Source: Actinomycetes bacterium
GTDB taxonomy: Bacteria; Actinomycetota; Acidimicrobiia; Acidimicrobiales; Microtrichaceae
Assembly: GCA_023437745.1 (NCBI GenBank)
Contig: JAEZFI010000045.1
Span: 1 to 62,439 of the forward strand
Direction: 5' to 3'
Length of the DNA: 62,439 nt
Both the position numbers and the translations under genes were made by a program. The notes beneath the pieces were generated by a model. That model was not told the origin of the DNA, did not search any database, and saw only the letters and a program-made list of their open reading frames with translations. Within the stretch, counting starts at the first letter, position 1. Each line of letters starts with the position of its first letter. This document shows positions 18,740 to 27,575 of this stretch, piece after piece.

Positions 18740-19090
18740 ATGGACCCGCAGACGACGTCGCCGTCGGACGACCTCTGGTCGTACTTCATCCCGGTCGTGC
18801 TGGGCGGGGTGATCCTCCTGGGCGTGATCCTCTTGGTGGTGGTGATCATCGGCGTGCGGAACTCGGATCTCCGGCGGCCCGTCATCAGCAACCGCTGGCG
18901 GGACGATCGCTGGCGGGTCAGGGCCGACGAGGATGCCGATCGGCCGGCCCATCCCGGGAGCACAGCAGCGGAGCCTGCGACCGACCGGGCCGCCCCTGCC
19001 GTCGACGCGTCGCCGCCCTCCGAGCAGCCCGTCCCCCCGCCGGTTCTGCTCGGCTCGGACGGCGCGCCGCCGCCGATCCCACCCCGCTGA
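18740..19090 (+). CDS. Small single-pass membrane protein with a Pro-rich tail
   Basis: 116 aa with high GC3. One TM (FIPVVLGGVILLGVILLVVVIIGV). A TGGTAG box lies 9 nt before the ATG. Confidence 0.45.
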   Translation: MDPQTTSPSDDLWSYFIPVVLGGVILLGVILLVVVIIGVRNSDLRRPVISNRWRDDRWRVRADEDADRPAHPGSTAAEPATDRAAPAVDASPPSEQPVPPPVLLGSDGAPPPIPPR

Positions 19091-19095
19091 GACGC

Positions 19096-20415
19096 TCAGC
19101 CCACCGGGTCGAGCGACTGGAGGGCGAAGTCGCCCTCCTCCTGGTACTTCAGCGCGCCGAGGGGCGTGTCGGTCTCGATCGTGATGCGGCGCTCGGCCCG
19201 GACGGGGAGGAAGGTCTCGGCGTCGAACCAGAGATCGACCTGCTCCGTGCCGCGCTGGCGGCCGCTGAGCTCGCGCTCCCGGCGGTAGTGGAGCACCGGC
19301 ACCTGCTCGCCGCCGACCGTCATGTCCTCGTGGCCCACGAACACGTTGCGCCCGGTCGACGCCCCGGTCACCGAGTTCTCGTCGGAGACGGTGCAGCGCT
19401 GCTCGAGCCCCTGCCCGTCGGCAGCGGACCTGTCGACGGCCACCGCGTCGCTGCACTCGGTGCGGGTGTGCACGTCGACCGAGATGGCGACGAGGTTCAG
19501 CCGCTGGAATGAGCCGCCGGCCCGCTCGACGAGCCCCTGGTCCGTGCTGCAGTAGTCCCAGCGCTGCCAGTGGTTCGTGCTGTAGTCGATGCGGAACCGC
19601 CAGCAGCCGTCGCCGAGGTGCGTGACCGTCGCCGGCATCTCCGGACCCTGGTCCTGCTCGACCGGAGGGACGCTGAGCCGTTCGGTCCCGGAGCCTGCGT
19701 ACCGGTACACGCCTTCTGCCGGCACGCCCCGGTCGCCGCCGTCCCGCGTCCCTGCCTGGAACTGCGCGGCCGCCTCGTCGACCGTGACGGGGCGTGCCTT
19801 CTCCTGCGTCAACCAACCGATGACCAGGAAGGCGCCGGTCCCGGCGAGGAGCAACCCCCCGATGGCCAGGCCCTTCCGGTGCCGTCGGGGGTGCCGCACG
19901 GGCGAGACGGCGGCGGGGATGGCGCCTGCCACCTCCTGGCGACGGTCGTGGCGGCGATGGCGGGCCAGCACGTGCTCGACGCGGGCGCGGTTGTAGCGCT
20001 GGACGATCACGAACGGGAGGTGGAACACGGCACCGAACACCGTCATGACGAGTCCGATCGGCCAGCGCTGCCAGAGGAAGAACGTGGGACCGAAGGCGAC
20101 GTTGGCCCAGTGGACGATCTCTGCTCGCCGGGTCTCCCTGGCGAACGCCACGAGCGCCGGTCGGTCGAGCGATGTGAGCCGCGCCTTGGGCGGCCCACCG
20201 AACCAGGAGCCGGCGTCGGGCAGCCATCCCTTCCAGCGGCGGACCCGGAACCAGCGTTCGTGGACACGACCACCCCGCTCGAACGGCCGCAGGCGCAGCA
20301 GGCCCCGGTCGTCGTCGAGCCGGCCTGCCGGGATCTTCGTCACGAGCCACCCGGACACCACGCCGAAGGTCGCCCAGGCCGCCGAGTAGACGAGCACCCG
20401 GACCAGGTCGCTCAC
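19096..20415 (-). CDS. CrtO-like glycosyl-4,4'-diaponeurosporenoate acyltransferase domain fused to a ~250-aa C-terminal domain of unknown function
   Basis: GTG 20415 has a GTGA overlap with the upstream GT2. The N-terminus matches the staphylococcal CrtO pattern as I recall it (RWFRVRRWKGWLPDAG, ETRRAEIVHW, IVQRYNRARVE). A TM and a Cys/Trp-containing domain follow. Confidence 0.7.
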   Translation of the reverse strand: MSDLVRVLVYSAAWATFGVVSGWLVTKIPAGRLDDDRGLLRLRPFERGGRVHERWFRVRRWKGWLPDAGSWFGGPPKARLTSLDRPALVAFARETRRAEIVHWANVAFGPTFFLWQRWPIGLVMTVFGAVFHLPFVIVQRYNRARVEHVLARHRRHDRRQEVAGAIPAAVSPVRHPRRHRKGLAIGGLLLAGTGAFLVIGWLTQEKARPVTVDEAAAQFQAGTRDGGDRGVPAEGVYRYAGSGTERLSVPPVEQDQGPEMPATVTHLGDGCWRFRIDYSTNHWQRWDYCSTDQGLVERAGGSFQRLNLVAISVDVHTRTECSDAVAVDRSAADGQGLEQRCTVSDENSVTGASTGRNVFVGHEDMTVGGEQVPVLHYRRERELSGRQRGTEQVDLWFDAETFLPVRAERRITIETDTPLGALKYQEEGDFALQSLDPVG

Positions 20416-21569
20416 GGTGCCACGCCCCCGGCCTCGGGCGGTTCGACGACGCCGCGCGGGTCGAGGGTCCGCCCCTTCCAGCGCACGGCTCTCCTGACGT
20501 GGGTCCTCCACGCCGACACCACGAAGATCGAGGTGAAGAACACGCCGAGGACCGGGAAGCCGAGCGCGGACCACCAGCGGTAGCTCCCCACCCGGTGCAG
20601 CATCACGCCGATCGCCAGCGCCGTCGCGGCGTAGACGAGGAGGGCCGACACGAGCGGTGCCGATGGTCCGCCGATCGTGCGCACCAGGTGGAGGGCGGCC
20701 GTCAGGGTGCCGGCCATCCAGAGCGCCACACCGACGCTGCGGAGGAGCGGCGTCGACCCGACGCCCGTCGCCAGGTTCTTGGTCCAGCCCTCGACGATCG
20801 ACCCGAGGCCGCGGGGGTACATGCGGAACCGCGCGGCCTCACCGCCGCACATCACGCTCGTGGGGATCTCGTCCTCGTGGAGCGCCCTTGCGAGCGCGAG
20901 ATCCTCGACCAGCTCCGATCGGACACGACGATGCCCTCCGACGGCGCGGTAGTCACCCACCCGCCAGCACAGCAGCGGGCCGAAGAGCCCGCTCGGTCGG
21001 TGGGTCCCGGCGCCGATGCCCATCATCGACGCCAGGTTGAAGAGGCCGCTGAGCTGCTCCACCGCCGTCGGGACGGCGTGGTACGGCTGCACCGACAGCA
21101 CGCCGCCCCGCTCGTGCCGCGCGGCCACCACTCGGCCCAGGGCGTCGGGTGCCAGGCGCACGTCCGCGTCGAGGAAGAGGAGCACGTCGTCCTCGTCGGC
21201 GGTCGCCGCACCATGGGCGGCGCCCGCCGGGCACGCCCAGTTCTTCCCCGCCCACCCCGAGGGCAGGGGAGGGGCCGCGAGGACCTGCACCCCGGGGAAG
21301 CCCTCCGCCACCCTGCGAGTCGCGTCGGTCGAGTGGTCGTCGACGACGGTGATCGACGTCGGGGCCGGGTGCAGGCGACCGAGATCGTCGAGGAGCAGGC
21401 CGAGCACCTCCTCCTCGTTGCGGGCCGGGACGACGACGTGCACCGCAGGCCCAGGCGACGGCGGGCGCCGGAGGTCGAGACGGTCCAGGCGCAGCGGGCG
21501 GCCGAACAGGAGCAACCCGAGCGGCACGGCGACGAGCGCCAGCCACGGGACCTGCGTCCATCCGCTCAC
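20412..21569 (-). CDS. Family 2 glycosyltransferase (CrtQ-like)
   Basis: 385 aa with GTG start. VVVPARNEE...VVDDHSTD...FLDADV are GT2 motifs, with C-terminal TM segments. Confidence 0.8.
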   Translation of the reverse strand: MSGWTQVPWLALVAVPLGLLLFGRPLRLDRLDLRRPPSPGPAVHVVVPARNEEEVLGLLLDDLGRLHPAPTSITVVDDHSTDATRRVAEGFPGVQVLAAPPLPSGWAGKNWACPAGAAHGAATADEDDVLLFLDADVRLAPDALGRVVAARHERGGVLSVQPYHAVPTAVEQLSGLFNLASMMGIGAGTHRPSGLFGPLLCWRVGDYRAVGGHRRVRSELVEDLALARALHEDEIPTSVMCGGEAARFRMYPRGLGSIVEGWTKNLATGVGSTPLLRSVGVALWMAGTLTAALHLVRTIGGPSAPLVSALLVYAATALAIGVMLHRVGSYRWWSALGFPVLGVFFTSIFVVSAWRTHVRRAVRWKGRTLDPRGVVEPPEAGGVAP

Positions 21570-21791
21570 CGCGCGCAGCCCCCGTCCACGTCACCCACCG
21601 CGGACAGCTACCCGCGTACGCGGCTCATGTGCCATGTCCCTCGATTCGGAGCGGGTCGGCGGGCGGATTGGCCGGATCGAGAAGGCCGCTCGGGCTCGCG
21701 ACCGGGTGTCCACAGGCTCGCGCAGATCATCCACAGAAGAACCTGCGTTATCCCCTTGTTCCCCACAGGGCAGCGGGCGGACGGTGGGAGC

Positions 21792-21989
21792 ATGGAAGCG
21801 GATGAGCTGCTGGCGCTCCGCCTCGAGCGTTGCGCCGAATGGCACGCCGGACTCAGGACCTGCGAGCGGCAGGACCTGCGGGAGGCAGCGCAACGCCTCC
21901 GGGCGATCTCGCGGGAGATCGACGACGTCGTACGGTCGTCGAGGGAGCTGCAGACGTCGACCGGACGCGAGTCGGCCCACCGCGCCTGA
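21792..21989 (+). CDS. Hypothetical small protein
   Basis: 65 aa; ATG follows GGTGGGAG. Weak evidence only. Confidence 0.3.
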   Translation: MEADELLALRLERCAEWHAGLRTCERQDLREAAQRLRAISREIDDVVRSSRELQTSTGRESAHRA

Positions 21990-22039
21990 ACGCGTCGAAG
22001 CGGGTGCCGGAGCACCCGCTTCGAGCTGCGTGATGTGGG

Positions 22040-22312
22040 TCAGTGCGTGATGGGGCGCTTGTGGCCCACCTGACGCCAGACCAGGAGCGCCACGATGGCG
22101 CCGATGAACGAGCCGATCAGGCCAGAGGTCTGGAACGCACCGTCGGCCGCGTCCCGGCCGAACAGCGCCCAGCCGAGGAATCCGCCGACGAGTGAGCCGA
22201 CGAGGCCGAGGACGATGGTCCCCGCGATCCCCATCGAGTCATCCCCGGGGACGACGGCGCGGGCCAATGCCCCTGCGATCAAACCGATGATGAGTGCCCA
22301 GACGATCCACAT
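22040..22312 (-). CDS. GlsB/YeaQ/YmgE family stress membrane protein
   Basis: 90 aa. The Gly-zipper TM pattern (IIGLIAGALA, GLVGSLVGGFLG, GSFIGAIVALL) is typical of the family. Confidence 0.85.
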   Translation of the reverse strand: MWIVWALIIGLIAGALARAVVPGDDSMGIAGTIVLGLVGSLVGGFLGWALFGRDAADGAFQTSGLIGSFIGAIVALLVWRQVGHKRPITH

Positions 22313-23373
22313 GGTGTTGCCTTTCGGTCAGCGGAACTGCTGGACGGAGGTACCCGACTCGCGCCGGCTCCAAACGAGGAAGGCTCCGAACTTCCGGCAG
22401 TCGAGGTGACAGCATGCGGCGACGACGCGGTGCCGGCGGTCACCCCGGCCGCGTGCGCCGCCGGGTCCGACCTCGTCGCCAGGTGGAAGTCGGCCAGGAG
22501 CGCGGCGTGGTCCGAGGCCGGTCGGGTTCCTCGTTCGAGGTGGTCGATCCACGTCGTGTCCAGTCGCTGGGCGAGCGCGGTGTCCACGGCGATCACGTCG
22601 AGGCGCATGCCGAGGTTCCTGGGGTAGCCGATGCCGTGGTTCCACCACGTGAACCTGCGTGCCCGTGGCCCCCACGCGGCGACGTCCACGTCGACGAGGC
22701 CGGTGTCCAGCAGCCGCCGCAGGGCGTTGCGCTCGGGCTCGGTGACGTGCGTCGCCCCCTCGAACGGGGCGGGATGGAACACGTCGTCGTCGGTGGCGGC
22801 CACGTTCAGGTCGCCGGCCACGACGACGTGCCCGCCCCCCGCCAGCCAGCACCGGCACTGCGCGGTCAACGCCTCGAGGAACGCCAGCTTGTAGTGGTAG
22901 TGCCAGTGGTCCACCTCCCGCCCGTGCGGGACGTAGACCGACGCGACCCTGACGGCCTCGGGGCCGTGCACGGTGCACGTGACCATCCGCGGTTCCCTGT
23001 CCAGGTGCTCGTCACCGAGCGCTCCCGACACCGCCACGTCCTCGATCGGGTGCGGAGACGCGACCGCCACGCCGTTGTACGGCCCGTCCCCCACGTGGAC
23101 GATCCCGTACCCGAGGCGATCGAACGCCTCGGCGGCGACGACCGAGAGCTCGGCCGCCTTCGTCTCCTGGAGGCAGAGGACGTCGGGCCGGGTCCGCTCG
23201 ACGAATCGCTCCACGGCAGGCAGCCGCTGACGCAGCGAGTTCAGGTTCCACGTGGCGAGGCGGAGTCGGTCGGGCGCGGGACCGGTGGGGGTCATCGTCG
23301 GCCGCAGCGCCAGCGCCGCCTCGCGTCGGGCGGCCCTCGCCGCGTCACGTGCTGCAGTGGTGGCAGGGGCCAT
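22279..23373 (-). CDS. xthA: Exodeoxyribonuclease III with an unusual ~70-aa low-complexity C-terminal tail
   Basis: LATWNLNSL, VLCLQETK and a SDHAAL terminal motif are present. An alternative start is ATG 23295. The ORF then runs on to 22279 and overlaps the glsB-like gene. Confidence 0.85.
   Translation of the reverse strand: MAPATTAARDAARAARREAALALRPTMTPTGPAPDRLRLATWNLNSLRQRLPAVERFVERTRPDVLCLQETKAAELSVVAAEAFDRLGYGIVHVGDGPYNGVAVASPHPIEDVAVSGALGDEHLDREPRMVTCTVHGPEAVRVASVYVPHGREVDHWHYHYKLAFLEALTAQCRCWLAGGGHVVVAGDLNVAATDDDVFHPAPFEGATHVTEPERNALRRLLDTGLVDVDVAAWGPRARRFTWWNHGIGYPRNLGMRLDVIAVDTALAQRLDTTWIDHLERGTRPASDHAALLADFHLATRSDPAAHAAGVTAGTASSPHAVTSTAGSSEPSSFGAGASRVPPSSSSADRKATPCGSSGHSSSV
22349..22374 (-). 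promoter_or_regulatory. GTTT-N16-GGGTAC motif upstream of the glsB-like gene
   Basis: The minus strand reads GTTTGGAGCCGGCGCGAGTCGGGTAC. It lies about 36 nt upstream of ATG 22312, inside the xthA tail. Confidence 0.55.
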
Positions 23374-23399
23374 CTCGCGGGGCTTCCCTCACGGTGCAG

Positions 23400-23426
23400 G
23401 TTTGAGACCGCAACGGTGCTGGGCAT
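23400..23426 (+). promoter_or_regulatory. GTTT-N17-GGGCAT motif, 9 nt before the small TM ORF ATG
   Basis: GTTT 23400-23403, GGGCAT 23421-23426, ATG 23436. Confidence 0.45.
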
Positions 23427-23435
23427 CCCCGGAGC

Positions 23436-23591
23436 ATGAGCGTCATCACCGGGGTGTTGTTCGTCGGCCTCTCAGTCCTCATCAGCCTCCTGTGGTGCAA
23501 CATCATCGCCATGGGTGACTACCTCACGCGGCGGGCCCACGACCGCCGCATGGCCCGACCCGACCGGACCGCATCCGACGTCCTCGCCTGA
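23436..23591 (+). CDS. Small (51 aa) single-TM protein, absent from the ORF track
   Basis: MSVITGVLFVGLSVLISLLWCNIIAMGDYLTRRAHDRR... has very high GC3 by eye. The ATG lies exactly 9 nt after a GTTT-N17-GGGCAT box. Confidence 0.45.
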   Translation: MSVITGVLFVGLSVLISLLWCNIIAMGDYLTRRAHDRRMARPDRTASDVLA

Positions 23592-23687
23592 CCGGACCCG
23601 CCGGCGCCCCCGCGAGGCGCGACCTCGACACGGTGATGGCAGACGGGATGACGGCAGTGCAGGCGGTCGCAGCCTCGGTCCCGGAGC

Positions 23688-24968
23688 ATGGGAACCATGA
23701 CGCAGCTCGTGACGCAGCGCACCGACGTCGACCTCCGCACCGGTCAGCTCCGTCGCATGCAGCGACGCGCCACGGCGCTGCTCCTCGCGGTGACCATCGC
23801 GTTCGTCCTGCTGCTGGTGCTCCCGGACGGCTCGCCGGCGTGGCTCGGCTATGCGCTGGCCGCTGCAGAGGGATCGATGGTGGGTGGACTCGCCGACTGG
23901 TTCGCCGTGACGGCGCTCTTCCGGCACCCGCTCGGCCTGCCCATCCCCCACACGGCGATCATCCGTGAGCGCAAGGACCAGTTCGGGCAGACGCTCGGCG
24001 AGTTCGTCCAGGAGAACTTCCTCAACGCCGAGGTCGTCGGGGATCGGATCCGGTCGGCGGGTGCACCGCAGCGGCTCGCCGGCTGGCTCTCGGACGAGGC
24101 GAACGCCCAGCGGGTGTCCGACGCGATCCTCGATGCCGCCGTCACGGCGGTCGACACCGTGAGGGAGCAGCAGGTCCAGCAGCTCGTCGGGCTCGAGATC
24201 GAACGGGCGGTGGCGGCGGCGCCGGTGGCCCGGATCGCAGGGGGTGCGCTCGACTCCGCGTTGGAGAGCGGCGCCCACCGGTCGATGGTGGATGCCGTCC
24301 TGCGGGGCGCCCGATCGTTCCTGCGGGACCAGCGTGGTGCGCTGCACGCCCGCTTCGGCGACGCGTCGCCCTGGTGGCTGCCGGAATCCCTGGGCGACCG
24401 CTTCTTCGACCGCTTCCTGGACGAGGTGCAGGTGCTCCTCACGGCCGTGGCCGCCGACCCGGACCATCCGCTGCGACGCGAGCTCGACGCCCGGCTCGTC
24501 GTGCTCGCCGATCGGCTGCGTGAGGACCCGCACCTCGGGGAACGGGTCGAGGGTGCCGTCAGGGAGGTGCTCGCCTCCCGGTCCTTCCACGAGTGGACGT
24601 CCGGCGTGGCCCGAGACCTGATCGCGACGTTGCGCAGCGGCACGGCGTCGGAGGGCAGCTCGTCCGGACTCCGGGACCGGCTGACCTCGGCGGTGATGTC
24701 GATGGGTCGCCGGCTGGACGAGGATCCGGCCCTCCAGGAGCGGCTGTCCTCGACGGCAGAGACCGCGGTCCGCCACGTCATCACGCACCACCGAGCGGAG
24801 GTCACCGCGCTGATCGCCGACACGATCGCCCGCTGGGACGCCGACGAGACGTCGGACAAGCTCGAGCTGCTGCTGGGTCGTGACCTCCAGTTCATCCGCA
24901 TCAACGGCACGGTCGTGGGAGGACTCGCCGGTGTGGCGCTGCACGCGGTGGCCACGCTGCTGGCCTGA
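23688..24968 (+). CDS. DUF445 family membrane protein
   Basis: 426 aa. GGLADWFAVTALFRHPLGLPIPHTAII is the characteristic DUF445 N-terminal block, and there is a C-terminal TM. Confidence 0.8.
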   Translation: MGTMTQLVTQRTDVDLRTGQLRRMQRRATALLLAVTIAFVLLLVLPDGSPAWLGYALAAAEGSMVGGLADWFAVTALFRHPLGLPIPHTAIIRERKDQFGQTLGEFVQENFLNAEVVGDRIRSAGAPQRLAGWLSDEANAQRVSDAILDAAVTAVDTVREQQVQQLVGLEIERAVAAAPVARIAGGALDSALESGAHRSMVDAVLRGARSFLRDQRGALHARFGDASPWWLPESLGDRFFDRFLDEVQVLLTAVAADPDHPLRRELDARLVVLADRLREDPHLGERVEGAVREVLASRSFHEWTSGVARDLIATLRSGTASEGSSSGLRDRLTSAVMSMGRRLDEDPALQERLSSTAETAVRHVITHHRAEVTALIADTIARWDADETSDKLELLLGRDLQFIRINGTVVGGLAGVALHAVATLLA

Positions 24969-25060
24969 GGCGCAGCGAGGAGGTGTTGGACCCGTGAAGG
25001 GGGTGCAGTACCGTCGTCGTGCCGGCGGGCGGGGGGCCTCCGGCATCGGAGGCGGGATCG

Positions 25061-26980
25061 ATGGGCGTCCGACGACGGGTGGCGTTGCTGGCGGTCGCCG
25101 GCGCGCTGGTGGCCGCCTGTGCGCCGCCGAACGGTGGCGGGCCGGACGAGGGCGGCCCGGTGACGATCTCGATGGACGGGACCTACGGCGGCAGCTTCTT
25201 CTCGCTGCCGTGGCCCAACGCGATCCGCAAGAAGGCCGACGGCAGCCTCGACCTGTGGGGGATCCCCACCAACGGGAGCGTGCCCCTTGCGCTGATGATC
25301 AACGGTGCGTCCGACGTGATCCGCGACTTCGGCACCAACGCCGCGGTCTACCTCCAGTTCACCGGTGAGATCGATGCGGCGACGCTGCCCACCCCGTCCG
25401 CCAGCGCCTCGCCGTCCAGCCCGGTGCAGCTGGTCAACCTCGACGACCCCTCCGACCGGGTCCCCGTCGTGGCGCGGATCGAGCGGGCCGACGGGTACCG
25501 CACGGCGAACCTGCTCTCGCTGCTGCCGTACCCCGGTCGGTCGATGCGGCCGTCGTCGCGCTACGCGGCCATCGTCACGAACGGGGTGAGGGCGCTCGAC
25601 GGCACCCCCCTCGCACCCTCGCCCACGCTGGCAGCGCTCGACGACCCCTGGTGGCTGGGCAGGGCCCGGTCCGAGGCGGCATGGACGGAGCTGCGAGCGC
25701 AGCGCGACGCGGTCCGCTCGTCCCTCGCGGCCACGCCGTGGGCGGCCGCCGACCTCGTCGGGTTCACGGTGTTCACGACGCAGGCGACGCACCGCGAGCT
25801 GGACGCCGTCGCCGCGGCCGTGGCGGCCACGCCGCTGCAGGTGCCCGCGGTCGACGTGGTGACCCCGTGCACCGCCGACCCGGCCAAGCCGGCGCTGCTG
25901 CGCGGCCGGCTGGAGCTGCCGATGTACCAGTCGGGGCCGTACCCCTACGAGTCGTCCGGTGGTGACATCTGGATCGGACCGGACGGCCGGGCGGTCGAGC
26001 AGGGGGTCAGGGACGTGTCGCTCGAGGTCCGCGTGCCGTGCGCGCCGCCGCCCGCGGAGGGGTGGGCGATCCAGACCTACGTCGGCGGGACGGGCTCCGA
26101 CGCCGACGGGAGCGGGCGATTCGGGAAGGACGCGACGGCGACGATCATCGGTGCGATCGCCCCGCTGTACTCACCCGGGGAGGACGGCGACGCCTACTCG
26201 GAGTCGCTCTTCTACAACGTGCTCAACCCGCGGGCGGCCCGCACGAACCCGATCCAGCAGGCGGCGAACAACCTCGTCCTCCTCCGGACGATGGAGGCCT
26301 TCTCGGTGTCGCTCGACCTCGCCGGCTCGACCCGCGTGGTCGGCACCGACGACGCCCACGTCGTCATCACCGGGCACAGCCAGGGCGCGCAGACCCTCAC
26401 GCTCGTGTGGCGGGCCCACCCGGGGATCGACGCGATCGTGTCGAGCGCCGCGTCGAGCGGCCAGTACAACTCGATCAGCTACCGGAGCGACATCCGTGCC
26501 CGCTTCGGTCAGGTGATCGGTGACAGCGCACACCTCGACCCCCGCAACCCCCTCGTGCAGGTCGTCGAGACGCTGATGGACGTCGACGAGCCGGCGAGCT
26601 TCCCCACCTCGGGCTCGTGGTTGAACGTCGCCGGCCTGGCCGACGGTTGCCTGCCCTTCGAGTCCAGCCGCCATCTCGCCGGCGCCCAGCGGTTGACGGT
26701 GGTCAACCCCCAGTACGGCTCCGTCTTCGGCGATGCGGCGCTCGACCCGGTGGTGGGCTCCCTACCGCTCGGCGGCAACGCGGACGGAGGCACGGCCACC
26801 CGCGTCAGCATCGAGACGCCGGGCAGCCACCACAGCGCGCACGCGAACACCCAGCTCGTCGGTCGGTTCATCGACCAGGTCGCCCGCGGCGAGGTGCCGG
26901 TCATCGCAGCGCAGGTGATCAACCCGGGGCTGCCGGACTCGTGTCCGCCCCGCTACGGCCCGATCGGGAACGACCTCTAG
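25061..26980 (+). CDS. Secreted lipoprotein, putative alpha/beta serine hydrolase
   Basis: ATG 25061 gives MGVRRRVALLAVAGALVAAC (lipobox). A GHSQG nucleophile-elbow motif is present. Confidence 0.65.
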   Translation: MGVRRRVALLAVAGALVAACAPPNGGGPDEGGPVTISMDGTYGGSFFSLPWPNAIRKKADGSLDLWGIPTNGSVPLALMINGASDVIRDFGTNAAVYLQFTGEIDAATLPTPSASASPSSPVQLVNLDDPSDRVPVVARIERADGYRTANLLSLLPYPGRSMRPSSRYAAIVTNGVRALDGTPLAPSPTLAALDDPWWLGRARSEAAWTELRAQRDAVRSSLAATPWAAADLVGFTVFTTQATHRELDAVAAAVAATPLQVPAVDVVTPCTADPAKPALLRGRLELPMYQSGPYPYESSGGDIWIGPDGRAVEQGVRDVSLEVRVPCAPPPAEGWAIQTYVGGTGSDADGSGRFGKDATATIIGAIAPLYSPGEDGDAYSESLFYNVLNPRAARTNPIQQAANNLVLLRTMEAFSVSLDLAGSTRVVGTDDAHVVITGHSQGAQTLTLVWRAHPGIDAIVSSAASSGQYNSISYRSDIRARFGQVIGDSAHLDPRNPLVQVVETLMDVDEPASFPTSGSWLNVAGLADGCLPFESSRHLAGAQRLTVVNPQYGSVFGDAALDPVVGSLPLGGNADGGTATRVSIETPGSHHSAHANTQLVGRFIDQVARGEVPVIAAQVINPGLPDSCPPRYGPIGNDL

Positions 26981-26984
26981 CGCG

Positions 26985-27009
26985 GTTCCGAGGCGCGCCG
27001 AGCGGGTAG
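26985..27009 (+). promoter_or_regulatory. GTTC-N15-GGGTAG motif, 9 nt before the DUF1360 ATG
   Basis: GTTC 26985-26988, GGGTAG 27004-27009, ATG 27019. Confidence 0.5.
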
Positions 27010-27018
27010 TCGGTGGCG

Positions 27019-27552
27019 ATGTCCTCCACCCACACCGCCGAGATCGAGGCACGCGGTCCCCATCGACCCGACCGGATCCGCGGCTACCGCACCATCAGCT
27101 CGGTCTTCGGGGCCGCCGTCCTCGCCGGATCGCTCGCGGTGCGCCGGCGCGTCCCGGTCGGCGCCATCCCTCCGGCGTCGGACCGCGGGCAGGCGTGGAG
27201 CGACGTGCTGCTCGTGGCGGTCGGCACGCACAAGGCGGCGAGGGTCCTGACGAAGGAGCGCGTCTCGTCGCCGCTGCGGGCGCCGTTTACCCAGTACGAG
27301 GGCCCGGGTGGTCCGGGCGAGGTGATGGTGCGACCCGTCGGCACGGGTGTGCGGCGGGCGGTCGGCGAGCTGCTCAGCTGCCCGTTCTGCGTCGGCGTGT
27401 GGGTGGCGACGTCGGCGACGTTCGGGCTGCGCCTCGCACCGCAGGCCACGCGGTTCGCGCTCGAGGCATCGGCGGCGGCCGGCCTCGCCGACCTGCTCCA
27501 GTTCGTGCACGGCGACCTGGAGCGCCTCGCCGAGGGCCCGCCCGCGCCCTGA
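27019..27552 (+). CDS. DUF1360 domain membrane protein
   Basis: ELLSCPFCVGVWVATS is the DUF1360 signature. ATG 27019 was chosen because it lies 9 nt after a GGGTAG box; the track ORF starts at GTG 27013. Confidence 0.75.
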   Translation: MSSTHTAEIEARGPHRPDRIRGYRTISSVFGAAVLAGSLAVRRRVPVGAIPPASDRGQAWSDVLLVAVGTHKAARVLTKERVSSPLRAPFTQYEGPGGPGEVMVRPVGTGVRRAVGELLSCPFCVGVWVATSATFGLRLAPQATRFALEASAAAGLADLLQFVHGDLERLAEGPPAP

Positions 27553-27575
27553 GGTCGACCTCCGCCGGCCGCGGC

